Shown one piece after another: positions 45,686 through 55,427 of a stretch of 64,000 nt of DNA. The notes beneath the pieces were generated by a model that did not search any database, was not told the DNA's origin, and worked only from the letters and a program-made list of their open reading frames with translations. Within the stretch, counting starts at the first letter, position 1, and every line of letters begins with the position of its first letter. The position numbers were made by a program, and so were the translations under genes. Origin of the DNA: Bdellovibrionales bacterium (GTDB taxonomy: Bacteria; Bdellovibrionota; Bdellovibrionia; Bdellovibrionales; JAKFYE01); contig CBDBKL010000003.1 of assembly GCA_965206675.1 (NCBI GenBank), positions 113,478 through 177,477 on the forward strand, read 5' to 3'.

Positions 45686-46009
45686 AATGATTTTGTTGTT
45701 TTCGGGTTAAAAATTCAAAAATTTAGCTAAGCGTTCGACTTCATGGGGTTTGTGATTTCAAACCCTTATGTTGATGGGAGTGGTTTGTGTGCAACGCAGG
45801 AAAACCCGAAAACATTAGGCCAAAACTAGAATTGGCCAAAGAGGCGGCTAACCGAGTAGCGAAGAGTTTTTCTCTTTCCTTCGGTAGCAGGCCAGAGTGT
45901 TTAAGTTTTCAAATTTATTTATTTTTCCAAAGAGCAGGTAGCTGGCAGAGCTTGCTACTTGGAAAGCGAGCATACGCTCTCCCGTTAGTAGCAAGGCGTG
46001 GGAGGCAAG

Positions 46010-46660
46010 ATGCTTGAAGTGTTAGAGCAAGAACAAAAAACGCCCACTAATCGTCTTACGGTGGAAGTAATCGCTCTTAGGAAAATGCGAGAGCTAAAAG
46101 GGTTGAGTCGCAAAGAGGCTGCGGCACTCTTTGGTCTTTCCCATAAAACAATTGAGAAAATGGAAAACGGCAGGTCTTGTCTCACTCAGAAGAAGATCAA
46201 TCATTTTATTTTTACCTATGGGTTTAAGAGAGAAGATTTTGAAAATCTCTGCCAAGGAAAAATTCACCTGATTAAAGAAAAATATTTTTTTCGCAAAAAT
46301 CCCAAGAAAGTAAAAAGGTCGGGTCGTCGCAGTTATCAAAAGATTATGACCAAAGAGGCAAAGGTTTTAATATCTCTGAGGCAAAAGCTGGGAATTTCGC
46401 AAAATGAGGCCTCAAGGCGTTGCGGTTATGCAAGGTCAGTCATGGGACATATTGAAAACGGCAGGATTAACCTTGGAGATTCTCGCATTGAGCATATTGT
46501 AAAGTCTTACGGGCTTAGCATGGATGATTTTAAAAAAGAATTGCAGGGTGAGTTTATTTACTCTGACCTTTTAAAAAATTGCCTTCGCATTACCCGTGAA
46601 CTAGAGGGCGAGAAACTTATCAGTGTTTATCAAATTTTAAAAGGGTTAAAGGGATTTTAA
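46010..46660 (+). CDS. Double XRE/HTH_3 transcriptional regulator
   Basis: Two HTH_3 units (LRKMRELKGLSRKEAA..IEKMENG; LRQKLGISQNEA..IENG); GGAGG RBS. Confidence 0.85.
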   Translation: MLEVLEQEQKTPTNRLTVEVIALRKMRELKGLSRKEAAALFGLSHKTIEKMENGRSCLTQKKINHFIFTYGFKREDFENLCQGKIHLIKEKYFFRKNPKKVKRSGRRSYQKIMTKEAKVLISLRQKLGISQNEASRRCGYARSVMGHIENGRINLGDSRIEHIVKSYGLSMDDFKKELQGEFIYSDLLKNCLRITRELEGEKLISVYQILKGLKGF

Positions 46661-46709
46661 AAATGAATAAAGGAAAGTATGAGCAATCTAAAAACCATGG
46701 GAGGAGAAA

Positions 46710-46901
46710 ATGATTTTTAAATTTTTAACTGATTTGGCCTTTTTTATTTTTACCACGGGAGGGCTTCTTTTTGGAAGTTATCACGGTCTTGGAAAAATTT
46801 ACGAGACCATTAAAAAAGAGACCCTTATTGAGGTTCAAAGGGGATTGCCCAAGATGGAACCCTTTGCCAATAAGCTAACGGGCAAAAAGTTAAAATTATA
46901 G
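46710..46901 (+). CDS. Small hypothetical membrane protein
   Basis: GGAGG RBS, one hydrophobic helix, 63 aa. Confidence 0.65.
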   Translation: MIFKFLTDLAFFIFTTGGLLFGSYHGLGKIYETIKKETLIEVQRGLPKMEPFANKLTGKKLKL

Positions 46902-47206
46902 GTGTCACTATAACGCAAAACCGGAAGAAGTGGCGACAAGGTGGAACGTCAAGAAAGGGTGTCTAAGTGGTGATAAACAAAGGGATGAGGACGCAGAGGA
47001 CGACGTAGGGGCTAATAGGGCCATCTTCCAGTGAATCGCCACTTTTGCCACTTTATAGTCTGAATAGGGGGCCATTTTTATTCTGTAGAGTCCTCAACGA
47101 TTGCCTTGGTGATCTTGGGGATGAGTAGAAATAAGAAAAAGGCCAATGCTTTAATCAAACCTAGTTAAATTTGGAGGCCGTGACATGAACAAGGTAATTA
47201 TAGAAA

Positions 47207-47980
47207 TTGAGTAAAAAAAGTACAAAGAAAGGAGTTGTTATTACCCCAAGGGATAAAAAGCTATTTCACCTTCTTTTTCAAAACAAGGTCTTAAGTTTAG
47301 AGCAAATAGAAGGTGATATTTTTAACATTGGAAGAAAGACAATCTACAAAAGACTAAAGAAACTCGCTGACACAAAACTAATTTTAAAAACACCCCATAT
47401 TTTTGGAAAAAACAGAATGGCAAATGTAATCTCTTTAACACCAAAAGGAGCAAGGGTATTAGGCCTTAGCAGGTTAGATTTAGCACGTTACAGAGTAAAG
47501 CTAAGAAGTGAGTCCGTCGATCATGACCTTGCACTTTCAAAAATTCGAGGTCTTTTAGAGAAACAAAAAAGAGTTTTGGATTACAAAACCGAGAACATGA
47601 TTGGCCTGCCAGATTCCATTGATGACGACTTGTTTAGTCTTTTAATTGAGATGGGAACTGATGCCGCCGTAAAACTTCAGCTCACCCCAGAGTGGAAATG
47701 CTGGATTCCCATTGAGTTGGAACTTGCAGTTAAATCCATAGATCGCTGCAAACAGAAACTTCAAAGGTATTACTGTGATAATTCTATTGCGGCATTATTT
47801 CTCATTTGCGGTTCACGCTCTCTTTTAGAAAGGTATCAAAAGATCGAGCAAGAAATGGATCATGGTAAATCTCAGAAAGTCTTCTATCTTGAAATAAAAG
47901 AGCTTCTAAATAAAAAAGGACAGGCAAAATTTAAAAGACTTGATGGCAGGTCTTTAGGCCTTCAGGGGGTAGCGACTTAG
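47207..47980 (+). CDS. Replication-relaxation (Replic_Relax) family protein
   Basis: N-terminal wHTH (ITPRD..L, KRLKKL, LTPKG), DHDL, D...IELE..K PD-(D/E)xK-like nuclease pattern. Confidence 0.75.
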   Translation: MSKKSTKKGVVITPRDKKLFHLLFQNKVLSLEQIEGDIFNIGRKTIYKRLKKLADTKLILKTPHIFGKNRMANVISLTPKGARVLGLSRLDLARYRVKLRSESVDHDLALSKIRGLLEKQKRVLDYKTENMIGLPDSIDDDLFSLLIEMGTDAAVKLQLTPEWKCWIPIELELAVKSIDRCKQKLQRYYCDNSIAALFLICGSRSLLERYQKIEQEMDHGKSQKVFYLEIKELLNKKGQAKFKRLDGRSLGLQGVAT

Positions 47981-48110
47981 ATGCGATACTGTCGCTAGGG
48001 CATAAAATGGAAAGGAGTTTCTAACACGTTAAATTTATTAGGAAACGATTAAACTTTTGGGGTTCCGTTTTTTTAGACTGTACCCCACTTTTACCAAATT
48101 CGGAGGTCTT

Positions 48111-48356
48111 ATGAAAAAAAACAGTGATGCAAAGAAAAAATGCCCAACTTGTGCTGGGCAAAAATTAAATGAACTTGAATGGTTCACGTCTGATGAGGCG
48201 GCAGTTTATTTAAGAAAAACGCCACCAAATCTCAGGGCCATGGTTCAAAGAGGGCATATTAGGGCAAGAAAATTTGCAGGGCGTTTGTATTTTAAAAGAA
48301 AAGAGTTGGAAGAGCTTATCGAAACATCTTTTATGAGGAGTACTTCAAATGGTTAA
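48111..48356 (+). CDS. Excisionase-like HTH_17 protein
   Basis: WFTSDEAAVYL..LRAMVQRGHI..K..GRLYF; overlaps the integrase start. Confidence 0.85.
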   Translation: MKKNSDAKKKCPTCAGQKLNELEWFTSDEAAVYLRKTPPNLRAMVQRGHIRARKFAGRLYFKRKELEELIETSFMRSTSNG

Positions 48357-49458
48357 GATGATTGAGCAGAACGGAAAAACGTATTACCGCATGTATGTCC
48401 AGGCAAGGGCCAAAATCGGCGACCACAGAGTTAAAAGACTTCAAAAGTCACTACTTTTTAAATCCGAACCCGATGCTCTAAAGTCTGACAGGTTTTGGGC
48501 AAAAGAGATTATCAGGCAAGCAGAAAGATTGGAGGGAAAGGGGCTTTATTTTAAAGACATTATTTTTAGATTTATGACTCAGGCCAAATATGGATATTTG
48601 GGAAAAAAGATAAGTGAGCAAGGGCTGAAAGACCATGAGAGCAGGCTTAATCGTTTTTGTTCAACTTGGTTTGATAGGGCCGCCTCTGATGTGGATCGAG
48701 GAGATGTTAGAGAGGTGATAAGAAAGGCAAAGGCAGGTGGCGCGAGCTACTCCCTTCAAAAAAAGATTAAAACCACGATAAACATGGTTTTTAATTGGGC
48801 CATTGAGGAAAAATTAGTTCACGGCATGAAAATAAGTCCTGCCTTTGGGCTTGTCGTCGAAAAGGACGATGATAAGAAAAAAATCCCCCCGATTTTGACT
48901 TTAGAGGAGGTTAAACTTTTACTTAAAAAGGCAAAAGAAGCAGGTCACCCTTGGCATCCCATTTGGGCCTTCGCCCTTTTAACGGGAATGAGATCAGGAG
49001 AGCTTTACGCTCTTAGATGGTCGTCTGTTGATCTCAATCAAGACAATATCAGGGTCAAAGAATCGTTTTCTTTTGCCACAAGAGAGATAAAGGGAACAAA
49101 GGCCGGATACTGGAGAAATGTTCCGATTTCAAATCAGCTTCGAGTTGTTATTGAAGAGCTAAAAAGTACCACCGGAAATGATGAATTTGTTTTGCCTAGG
49201 GAAAGCGGCTGGGTACAGGGTGAGGCGGCCAAAATACTGAGAAATTTCCTCAAATCAATTGGCATCAATACCCCCGTTGTGTTTCACACGTTAAGGGCCT
49301 GTTTTGCAACTCACCTTCTCGCTCTGGGTGTTGAATCGGCAAAGATTATGAAAATTGGGGGATGGAAAGATTTAAAAACCTTTGAAATCTACGTTCGGCT
49401 CGCAGGGATTCAGGTTAAGGGTGTTACCGATAAACTTGACGTGTTTTCGGCTTCTTGA
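48349..49458 (+). CDS. int: Tyrosine integrase
   Basis: TGMRSGE, KGTK, HTLRA, GGW, catalytic Tyr (EIY) all present. Confidence 0.93.
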   Translation: MVKMIEQNGKTYYRMYVQARAKIGDHRVKRLQKSLLFKSEPDALKSDRFWAKEIIRQAERLEGKGLYFKDIIFRFMTQAKYGYLGKKISEQGLKDHESRLNRFCSTWFDRAASDVDRGDVREVIRKAKAGGASYSLQKKIKTTINMVFNWAIEEKLVHGMKISPAFGLVVEKDDDKKKIPPILTLEEVKLLLKKAKEAGHPWHPIWAFALLTGMRSGELYALRWSSVDLNQDNIRVKESFSFATREIKGTKAGYWRNVPISNQLRVVIEELKSTTGNDEFVLPRESGWVQGEAAKILRNFLKSIGINTPVVFHTLRACFATHLLALGVESAKIMKIGGWKDLKTFEIYVRLAGIQVKGVTDKLDVFSAS

Positions 49459-49869
49459 TGAATATGCACAATAGTGGTGGAGGGTGAGCTAAGTAGTCGC
49501 GCTATGCGGCAAGTTTCTGTATGGGAGTTTTCGCATGGCACACTACTAGATAAATAAAAACGCTCAAGACAATGGGTGCTACTATTGCTCTAAGGCTTGC
49601 CATACGAGCTAATTTCTCGGCATTGCTATGTGCGCCCTTCTATTTCATTTCAAGCCTATGACAGTTGGAGATCATTCTTTTGCTCGGAATATGGGGTTCT
49701 GGCGAGCTTAAAATTCAAAGAAAAACAACCTCCAAGTGGCATCTTCGCAAGAATATTTCAAATCTGAAACACAATGCCCTTTAAAATAAAAGTTGAGTTG
49801 CCAAGACAAGATATTTTTTTGATAATCTTTTATCGCAATTATCGTATATCTACCTTGAGGGAGGGTGTT

Positions 49870-50136
49870 GTGCGTAAAAAAAGTTTAAAATATAGAGATT
49901 TGCCTTGGGCCCTGAAAAGAAGAATTGATGCCTCTGGGCCAATGATGCAGCCAAGGAAGTCAGAGAATCCCACTGTAAAAAATATCTTGGATAGGCTAAA
50001 GGCTTCAGAGCAGAGATCGCTTGCAAACGATGCTTCTCTTTCCGCCAAACAAAAAAGAGAAGTTATTGACGTCATCGAAAATTATTTATCAGAAAATAAT
50101 ATGGATTCAATTAGACCGAGACAACCTGAACTCTAA
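49870..50136 (+). CDS. Hypothetical protein upstream of mod
   Basis: GTG start after GAGG RBS; 88 aa, no recognised motif. Confidence 0.55.
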   Translation: MRKKSLKYRDLPWALKRRIDASGPMMQPRKSENPTVKNILDRLKASEQRSLANDASLSAKQKREVIDVIENYLSENNMDSIRPRQPEL

Positions 50137-50148
50137 GCAGAAAGCCTC

Positions 50149-52641
50149 ATGCCTCCCAAGAAAAAAAGCAAAAAAAAGAATATTTCTAAACCTATCGAAA
50201 TTTATAAACACAAAGATAAGAAAAGAAAAAATAATCCCCATGTTGGTGCTGTGACTTCAAAAACTGAAAGTCCAAAAGTTCAGACTAAAAAATATGAATA
50301 TGACCCTCATTTAGACCCCCAACTTCAATGGGCCGGAAAAGCTGAGAGACTTTCCTTTGAAGTTCCAAATAGTTCTCTTCATGTTCATGAAAGGATTGAT
50401 CCGAGAAGCATTATTGAAACTGTCAGAGCAAGAAATTCGGTAGATTACGAGCAGATGTCTCTTTTTCATGATCCGCAAAATAAAATAAGTGCAGATAAAG
50501 AAGCAGAGTTTTATAAACACGAAAAACTTTGGTCTAACCGTTTAATTGCAGGGGATTCCTTACTTGTGATGAACTCTCTTTTAGAAAAAGAGGGAATGGG
50601 CGGGAAAATTCAATGTATTTACATTGATCCACCCTATGGGATTAAATACGGTTCAAACTTTCAGCCCTTCACAAATAAGAGAGATGTGAAGGACAAAGAT
50701 GAGAATTTAACGGCAGAACCGGAAATGTTAAAGGCCTTTCGGGACACATGGGAGTTGGGAATCCATTCTTATCTTACCTATATGAGAGATCGTTTGTTGT
50801 TAGCAAAAGAACTTCTTACCGAAAGTGGTTCTTGCTTTGTTCAGATTTCCGATGAAAATATTCACCACATCAGGGAGATAATGGATGAGATATTTGGAAA
50901 AGAAAACTTTGCGACTCAGGTATATTTTGCAACTACAAGTGGATTTCCAGGAAGTTCCTTAAGTCGGGTGGGAGACTATCTCATTTGGTATGCTAAAAGT
51001 AAAAAACATTTTAAGTATTACCAATTGTTTGAGGAAAAAGGTGCTTTAGACAAGGGAGATGCTGCTTATAAATATTTAGAACTTTCTGATGGAACAAGAC
51101 GACCTATGTCTAATGAAGAAAGAAGTGGTCACAGTGCCCTGCCGCAAGGTTCAAAGATTTTTTGCTATAGCGACCTACAAAGTACAGGGTCAGCTAAAGA
51201 AGATACTCCTTTTGAGTTTGGGGAAGAGGTTTATCGCCCTAACCCCAATAACCATTGGAAGGCAAAGTATCCAGAGGGGATGGAAAATTTAAAAAAAGCT
51301 AACCGTATTGGGTTAGTCGGAAACAAAATACGCTATATTCGGTTTATTAAGGATAAGCCCGTTAATCCTATTTCTAACTCATGGATGGATACAGGTTTTG
51401 CAGGATTTTCTTCAGATAAGCGATATATCGTTGAAACTAATAAAAAAGTTCTCCAGCGTTGTATTTTGATGACCACTGACCCAGGAGATATCGTCTTTGA
51501 TCCGACATGTGGCAGTGGAACCACTGCTTATGTAGCGGAACAATGGGGTAGGCGTTGGATCACCTGTGATACATCCCGTGTCTCTATTGCTTTAGCAAAG
51601 CAAAGGCTTATGACGGCAAATTTTGATTATTATGAGCTAAAAAATGAAAAAGAAGGAGTTAGCTCGGGGTTTAACTATAAAACAGTTCCCCACATTACCC
51701 TAAAATCAATCGCAAATGATGAACCCCCTCAAGAACAAACTCTTTACGACCAACCCGAAAAGAATAATTCAAAAACAAGAGTCACGGGACCGTTTACGGT
51801 AGAGGCCGTTCCTGCACATAAAGTCGAATCTTTATCACAGCTTTCTTTAAATAAAGGAGATGATTCTTTAAAAGAAATGTGGCTTGATGAACTAAGGGTC
51901 AGTGGTATAAAGGCAAAGAAAGGGGTTTCCAAAGACATTGAGTTTACAAGACTAGAGCTTATAAACGGAACAGAATATATTTACGCCGAAGGGGAGACAA
52001 AGGAAGAAAAACCTAAGCGGGTAATTATCTGCTTTGGATCAGAATATGCTCCCTTGGAACAAAGGCAGATTGAAGAAGCCTTAAAAGAAGCTGCCCACTT
52101 TTCTCCCGATCTTGTTATCTTCTGCGCCCTTCAATTTGATCCCGAGGCAGGAAAAGACGTCGATCACTTAAATTCAACGGGGACAAAGGTTTTAAAAGTT
52201 CAAATGAATAGCGACCTTTTAACAAGTGATTTGAAGAAGAAAACAAAGGGAGATAGCTTTTGGCTTATAGGTCAACCTGACATCAGAATCAAACAAAGAG
52301 ATGGAAAGTATATTGTTAGCGTAGAAGGTTTTGATTACTATAACACAAAGACCAATAACATTGAAAAAGGTGGAAAAGATAAGATTGCCATGTGGATGCT
52401 TGATACCAACTACGATGAAAAATCAGTTTATCCAAGACAGGTGTTTTTTCCTATATCGGGCCCCAAACACGACTGGACAAAGCTGAAGAAAACTTTGAAG
52501 TCAGAAATTGATGAAGAACTTATAGATAAGTTTACGGGAACTGAGTCGATCCCCTTTGAACTTGGAAGTCATAAAAAGATTGCTGTGAAAATTATTGATG
52601 ATCGAGGCATTGAAAGTCTTATTGTAAGAGGTCTGGGTTAA
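50149..52641 (+). CDS. mod: Type III-like RM N6-adenine DNA methyltransferase (Mod)
   Basis: NRLIAGDSL, IYIDPPYG (motif IV), FDPTCGSGTT (motif I), beta-class order. Confidence 0.92.
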   Translation: MPPKKKSKKKNISKPIEIYKHKDKKRKNNPHVGAVTSKTESPKVQTKKYEYDPHLDPQLQWAGKAERLSFEVPNSSLHVHERIDPRSIIETVRARNSVDYEQMSLFHDPQNKISADKEAEFYKHEKLWSNRLIAGDSLLVMNSLLEKEGMGGKIQCIYIDPPYGIKYGSNFQPFTNKRDVKDKDENLTAEPEMLKAFRDTWELGIHSYLTYMRDRLLLAKELLTESGSCFVQISDENIHHIREIMDEIFGKENFATQVYFATTSGFPGSSLSRVGDYLIWYAKSKKHFKYYQLFEEKGALDKGDAAYKYLELSDGTRRPMSNEERSGHSALPQGSKIFCYSDLQSTGSAKEDTPFEFGEEVYRPNPNNHWKAKYPEGMENLKKANRIGLVGNKIRYIRFIKDKPVNPISNSWMDTGFAGFSSDKRYIVETNKKVLQRCILMTTDPGDIVFDPTCGSGTTAYVAEQWGRRWITCDTSRVSIALAKQRLMTANFDYYELKNEKEGVSSGFNYKTVPHITLKSIANDEPPQEQTLYDQPEKNNSKTRVTGPFTVEAVPAHKVESLSQLSLNKGDDSLKEMWLDELRVSGIKAKKGVSKDIEFTRLELINGTEYIYAEGETKEEKPKRVIICFGSEYAPLEQRQIEEALKEAAHFSPDLVIFCALQFDPEAGKDVDHLNSTGTKVLKVQMNSDLLTSDLKKKTKGDSFWLIGQPDIRIKQRDGKYIVSVEGFDYYNTKTNNIEKGGKDKIAMWMLDTNYDEKSVYPRQVFFPISGPKHDWTKLKKTLKSEIDEELIDKFTGTESIPFELGSHKKIAVKIIDDRGIESLIVRGLG

Positions 52642-52643
52642 AG

Positions 52644-55427
52644 ATGTCTGAATCTTTAAAGGCAATACCAAAACTTATTGTCAACTCCCCATTCAAAGAG
52701 CCCAACAAGCACTGGAAATTTGATAAGACAAAAAAAGAATTTGTTTTAAAAGATGGACGGAGACCTGCAAGCTATATTATCGCAGGCCAAGATAAAAAGT
52801 CATACGATGATTATGGGACAATCGTTGAAATTCCACTTGTAAACAAAATAAGAAAAAGAGTTGAGGAGTGGGAAGGAAATAATTTCCCTGGCGTTACGGG
52901 AGTAACCAAAAGGCTTCTTGATTTTTGGCATCAACTTCCAGAAGATTGTGGAAGGCGGTTTGCCTTCTTCTTTTGCCAACTTGAAGCGATAAAAACTTTA
53001 ATTTTTCTCGTAGAAGCTCCAGATCATTTGAAAACAGGGCTTAATATCCCAAAAGATGAATCGCTAAATCGCCTATGTGCCAAAATGGCAACGGGAACGG
53101 GAAAAACAGTTGTTATGGCCATGACGATTGCATGGCAAATTCTTAATAAAGTGACTTATTCAAGAGATACTCGCTTTTCAAAAAATATTTTTGTTGTTGC
53201 CCCTAATTTAACCGTCAAAGATCGGTTGAGTGCTTTAGAAATTGGAGGTGAAAATAGCTATTATCAAGAATTTAAAATTGTTCCAAACGACTTTATTGAA
53301 AAGATGAATCAAGGCCAGGTGCTTATAAAAAACTGGCATCAACTCCAATGGGAAAATGAAGAAAAGATTGTCAAAAGGAAGGGAGTCGATAAGAGAGGGG
53401 CAAAAAGCGATACAGCTTATGTCAGAGAGGTCTTAGAACACTTGGCCAATCAAAATATTGTTGTCATTAACGATGAAGCTCATCATGCATGGAGAAAAAG
53501 AAGTGAGTTGAAAATAAAGAAGGCCGATGAGATGACAAAAGACGAATTAGAGCAGGCTACGAAATGGATTGAAGGGTTAGATAGAATAAATAGGTCCTTG
53601 GGAATTATTAATGTTTTTGATTTTTCCGCTACACCCTATGCACCGACAGGGAAGAAGGCCGATGATAAAGATTTATTTGAATGGATTGTAAGCGACTTTG
53701 GGCTAACTGATGCTATTGAGTCAGGTTTGGTAAAAACTCCTCGATTTGCAGTTGGTGATGATGCTAGTGCTGATGTCAAAAGTAAAAAGCCAAGGCTTTA
53801 TCATATTTATGACAGTGACGATGTGCGCCCCGATCTTAATAGAGAGGCAAAGGAAAATGAATCCTTACCCGATATTGTAAAGATCGCTTATACCCACCTT
53901 TCCCATGATTGGAGCAAGAAGTTTGACCTTTGGAAAGGTAGTTGTAAAAATGAAAAGCAATTTAGACCTCCCGTTATGATTTCCATTGTTAATAGAAAAG
54001 AAACGGCAGACAGGATTGAGTTTAGCTTCAAGGAAAAAAATATCCCTATGGCCAATCAGTTCAGCAACCCAAGTAAAATGCTTAAAGTTTACTCTGACCT
54101 TCAGAATAGTGTAGAGAAGGCCACAGGGTCAAATAAGGAGCTTCAGGAGGAGACACTTTCAAAACTTCATACCATTGGAACACTTGATGGTGAAGGCCAA
54201 CATATTCACCATGTGATTGCTGTTTCCATGTTATCAGAGGGTTGGGATTGTAAGACAGTGACTCATATTATGGGCCTTCGAGCTTTTAGCAGCCAGCTTC
54301 TTTGTGAGCAAACCGTTGGAAGAGGGTTGCGGAGAACCTCATATGACTTAAATGATGAGGGTATGTTTGACCCTGAATATGTCAGCGTTTTAGGAGTACC
54401 ATTTTCTTACCTTCCACAGGAAGGAGATAGTGAACAACCTGTAGCCGAAACTCCAAAGAGCTGCATTTTTCCAGAAGATGAAAAATCTGAATATGCCATA
54501 ACATGGCCCAATGTAGAAAGAGTTGATAGAGTGCTGAAACCCGACCTTAAAATTGATTTTAAGAAAATGGGCATATTTAAAGTTGATGTCTCAAGTATTC
54601 CTCGAATCAATGAAATTGCTCCTATTATTGAAAATAATCCTCGATATGAGGATATTGAAACGACCTCTCTTCAAGAGTTCTTTGAACAAAACTATGAACC
54701 CGACCGAATGCAAACTCTAATATTGAAAATGACGAGCGAGGTATATGACAAGACAGATGCGGAGTGGAAAAGAAAGATATTAAAAAAAGAAGCAATTAAG
54801 CAGATATTCCAGTTGGTTAAGAGATTTATTGAATCAAGCAAGTTTAAAATCGTTCCTGAATATGAAAAGGAGAGAAAAGCTCTCGTTGTTATGATGAAGA
54901 TGAACGAAATTGTTAATAAAGTATTTAACCTTATTCAAAGAGATTCAATAGAGAAACTTTCTGTCGTTTATGGACAGCCTAAATTTTCTTCAACAAGTGA
55001 TGCATCTGAGTGGTGGACAAAGAAACCGACAAGTCTTTTTAAAAAGACTCACATGAATTTATGCGTTGTGGACAGTGGGTGGGAGAGGTCTCATGCTAGA
55101 GAACTTGACAGAAATAAACATGTAGAGGCTTGGGTTAAGAACGATCACTTAGGGTTTGAGATTGATTATATTGACGAGAAAGGCAAACAAAGGGCTTATA
55201 TTCCAGATTTTATTATTAGGCTTACCAATGGCGATCACATCATTTTAGAAGTTAAGGGGATAAAGAAAAAGCGAGATATTCAGAAATGGGACTTTATGAA
55301 GAATTGGTGCAAAGCTGTCTCTCAAGATTTAGATCAAAAATGGCATTTTGAGATTTCGCAAGACTCTACGGGAGGCATAGTTCATAAAATTATTGAAAAA
55401 ATTCATGGAAAGGAAATTGCAGGGTGA
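52644..55427 (+). CDS. res: Type III-like restriction enzyme (SF2 helicase + PD-(D/E)xK nuclease)
   Basis: FCQLEA, MATGTGKT, DEAHH, SATP, EGWD, QTVGRGLR, YIPDFI..LEVKG. Confidence 0.9.
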   Translation: MSESLKAIPKLIVNSPFKEPNKHWKFDKTKKEFVLKDGRRPASYIIAGQDKKSYDDYGTIVEIPLVNKIRKRVEEWEGNNFPGVTGVTKRLLDFWHQLPEDCGRRFAFFFCQLEAIKTLIFLVEAPDHLKTGLNIPKDESLNRLCAKMATGTGKTVVMAMTIAWQILNKVTYSRDTRFSKNIFVVAPNLTVKDRLSALEIGGENSYYQEFKIVPNDFIEKMNQGQVLIKNWHQLQWENEEKIVKRKGVDKRGAKSDTAYVREVLEHLANQNIVVINDEAHHAWRKRSELKIKKADEMTKDELEQATKWIEGLDRINRSLGIINVFDFSATPYAPTGKKADDKDLFEWIVSDFGLTDAIESGLVKTPRFAVGDDASADVKSKKPRLYHIYDSDDVRPDLNREAKENESLPDIVKIAYTHLSHDWSKKFDLWKGSCKNEKQFRPPVMISIVNRKETADRIEFSFKEKNIPMANQFSNPSKMLKVYSDLQNSVEKATGSNKELQEETLSKLHTIGTLDGEGQHIHHVIAVSMLSEGWDCKTVTHIMGLRAFSSQLLCEQTVGRGLRRTSYDLNDEGMFDPEYVSVLGVPFSYLPQEGDSEQPVAETPKSCIFPEDEKSEYAITWPNVERVDRVLKPDLKIDFKKMGIFKVDVSSIPRINEIAPIIENNPRYEDIETTSLQEFFEQNYEPDRMQTLILKMTSEVYDKTDAEWKRKILKKEAIKQIFQLVKRFIESSKFKIVPEYEKERKALVVMMKMNEIVNKVFNLIQRDSIEKLSVVYGQPKFSSTSDASEWWTKKPTSLFKKTHMNLCVVDSGWERSHARELDRNKHVEAWVKNDHLGFEIDYIDEKGKQRAYIPDFIIRLTNGDHIILEVKGIKKKRDIQKWDFMKNWCKAVSQDLDQKWHFEISQDSTGGIVHKIIEKIHGKEIAG

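Noticed and set aside
45787-46017. 76-aa ORF upstream of XRE
   Set aside because: No RBS or protein-like features, and it overlaps the structured att-proximal region.
45998-49458. Prophage
   Set aside because: No capsid, terminase, tail or lysis genes between the att repeats.
50161-50177. Poly-A tracts (A7, A8) at the 5' end of mod as a phase-variation switch
   Set aside because: Short, Lys-encoding and common throughout this AT-rich sequence; the frame is intact.
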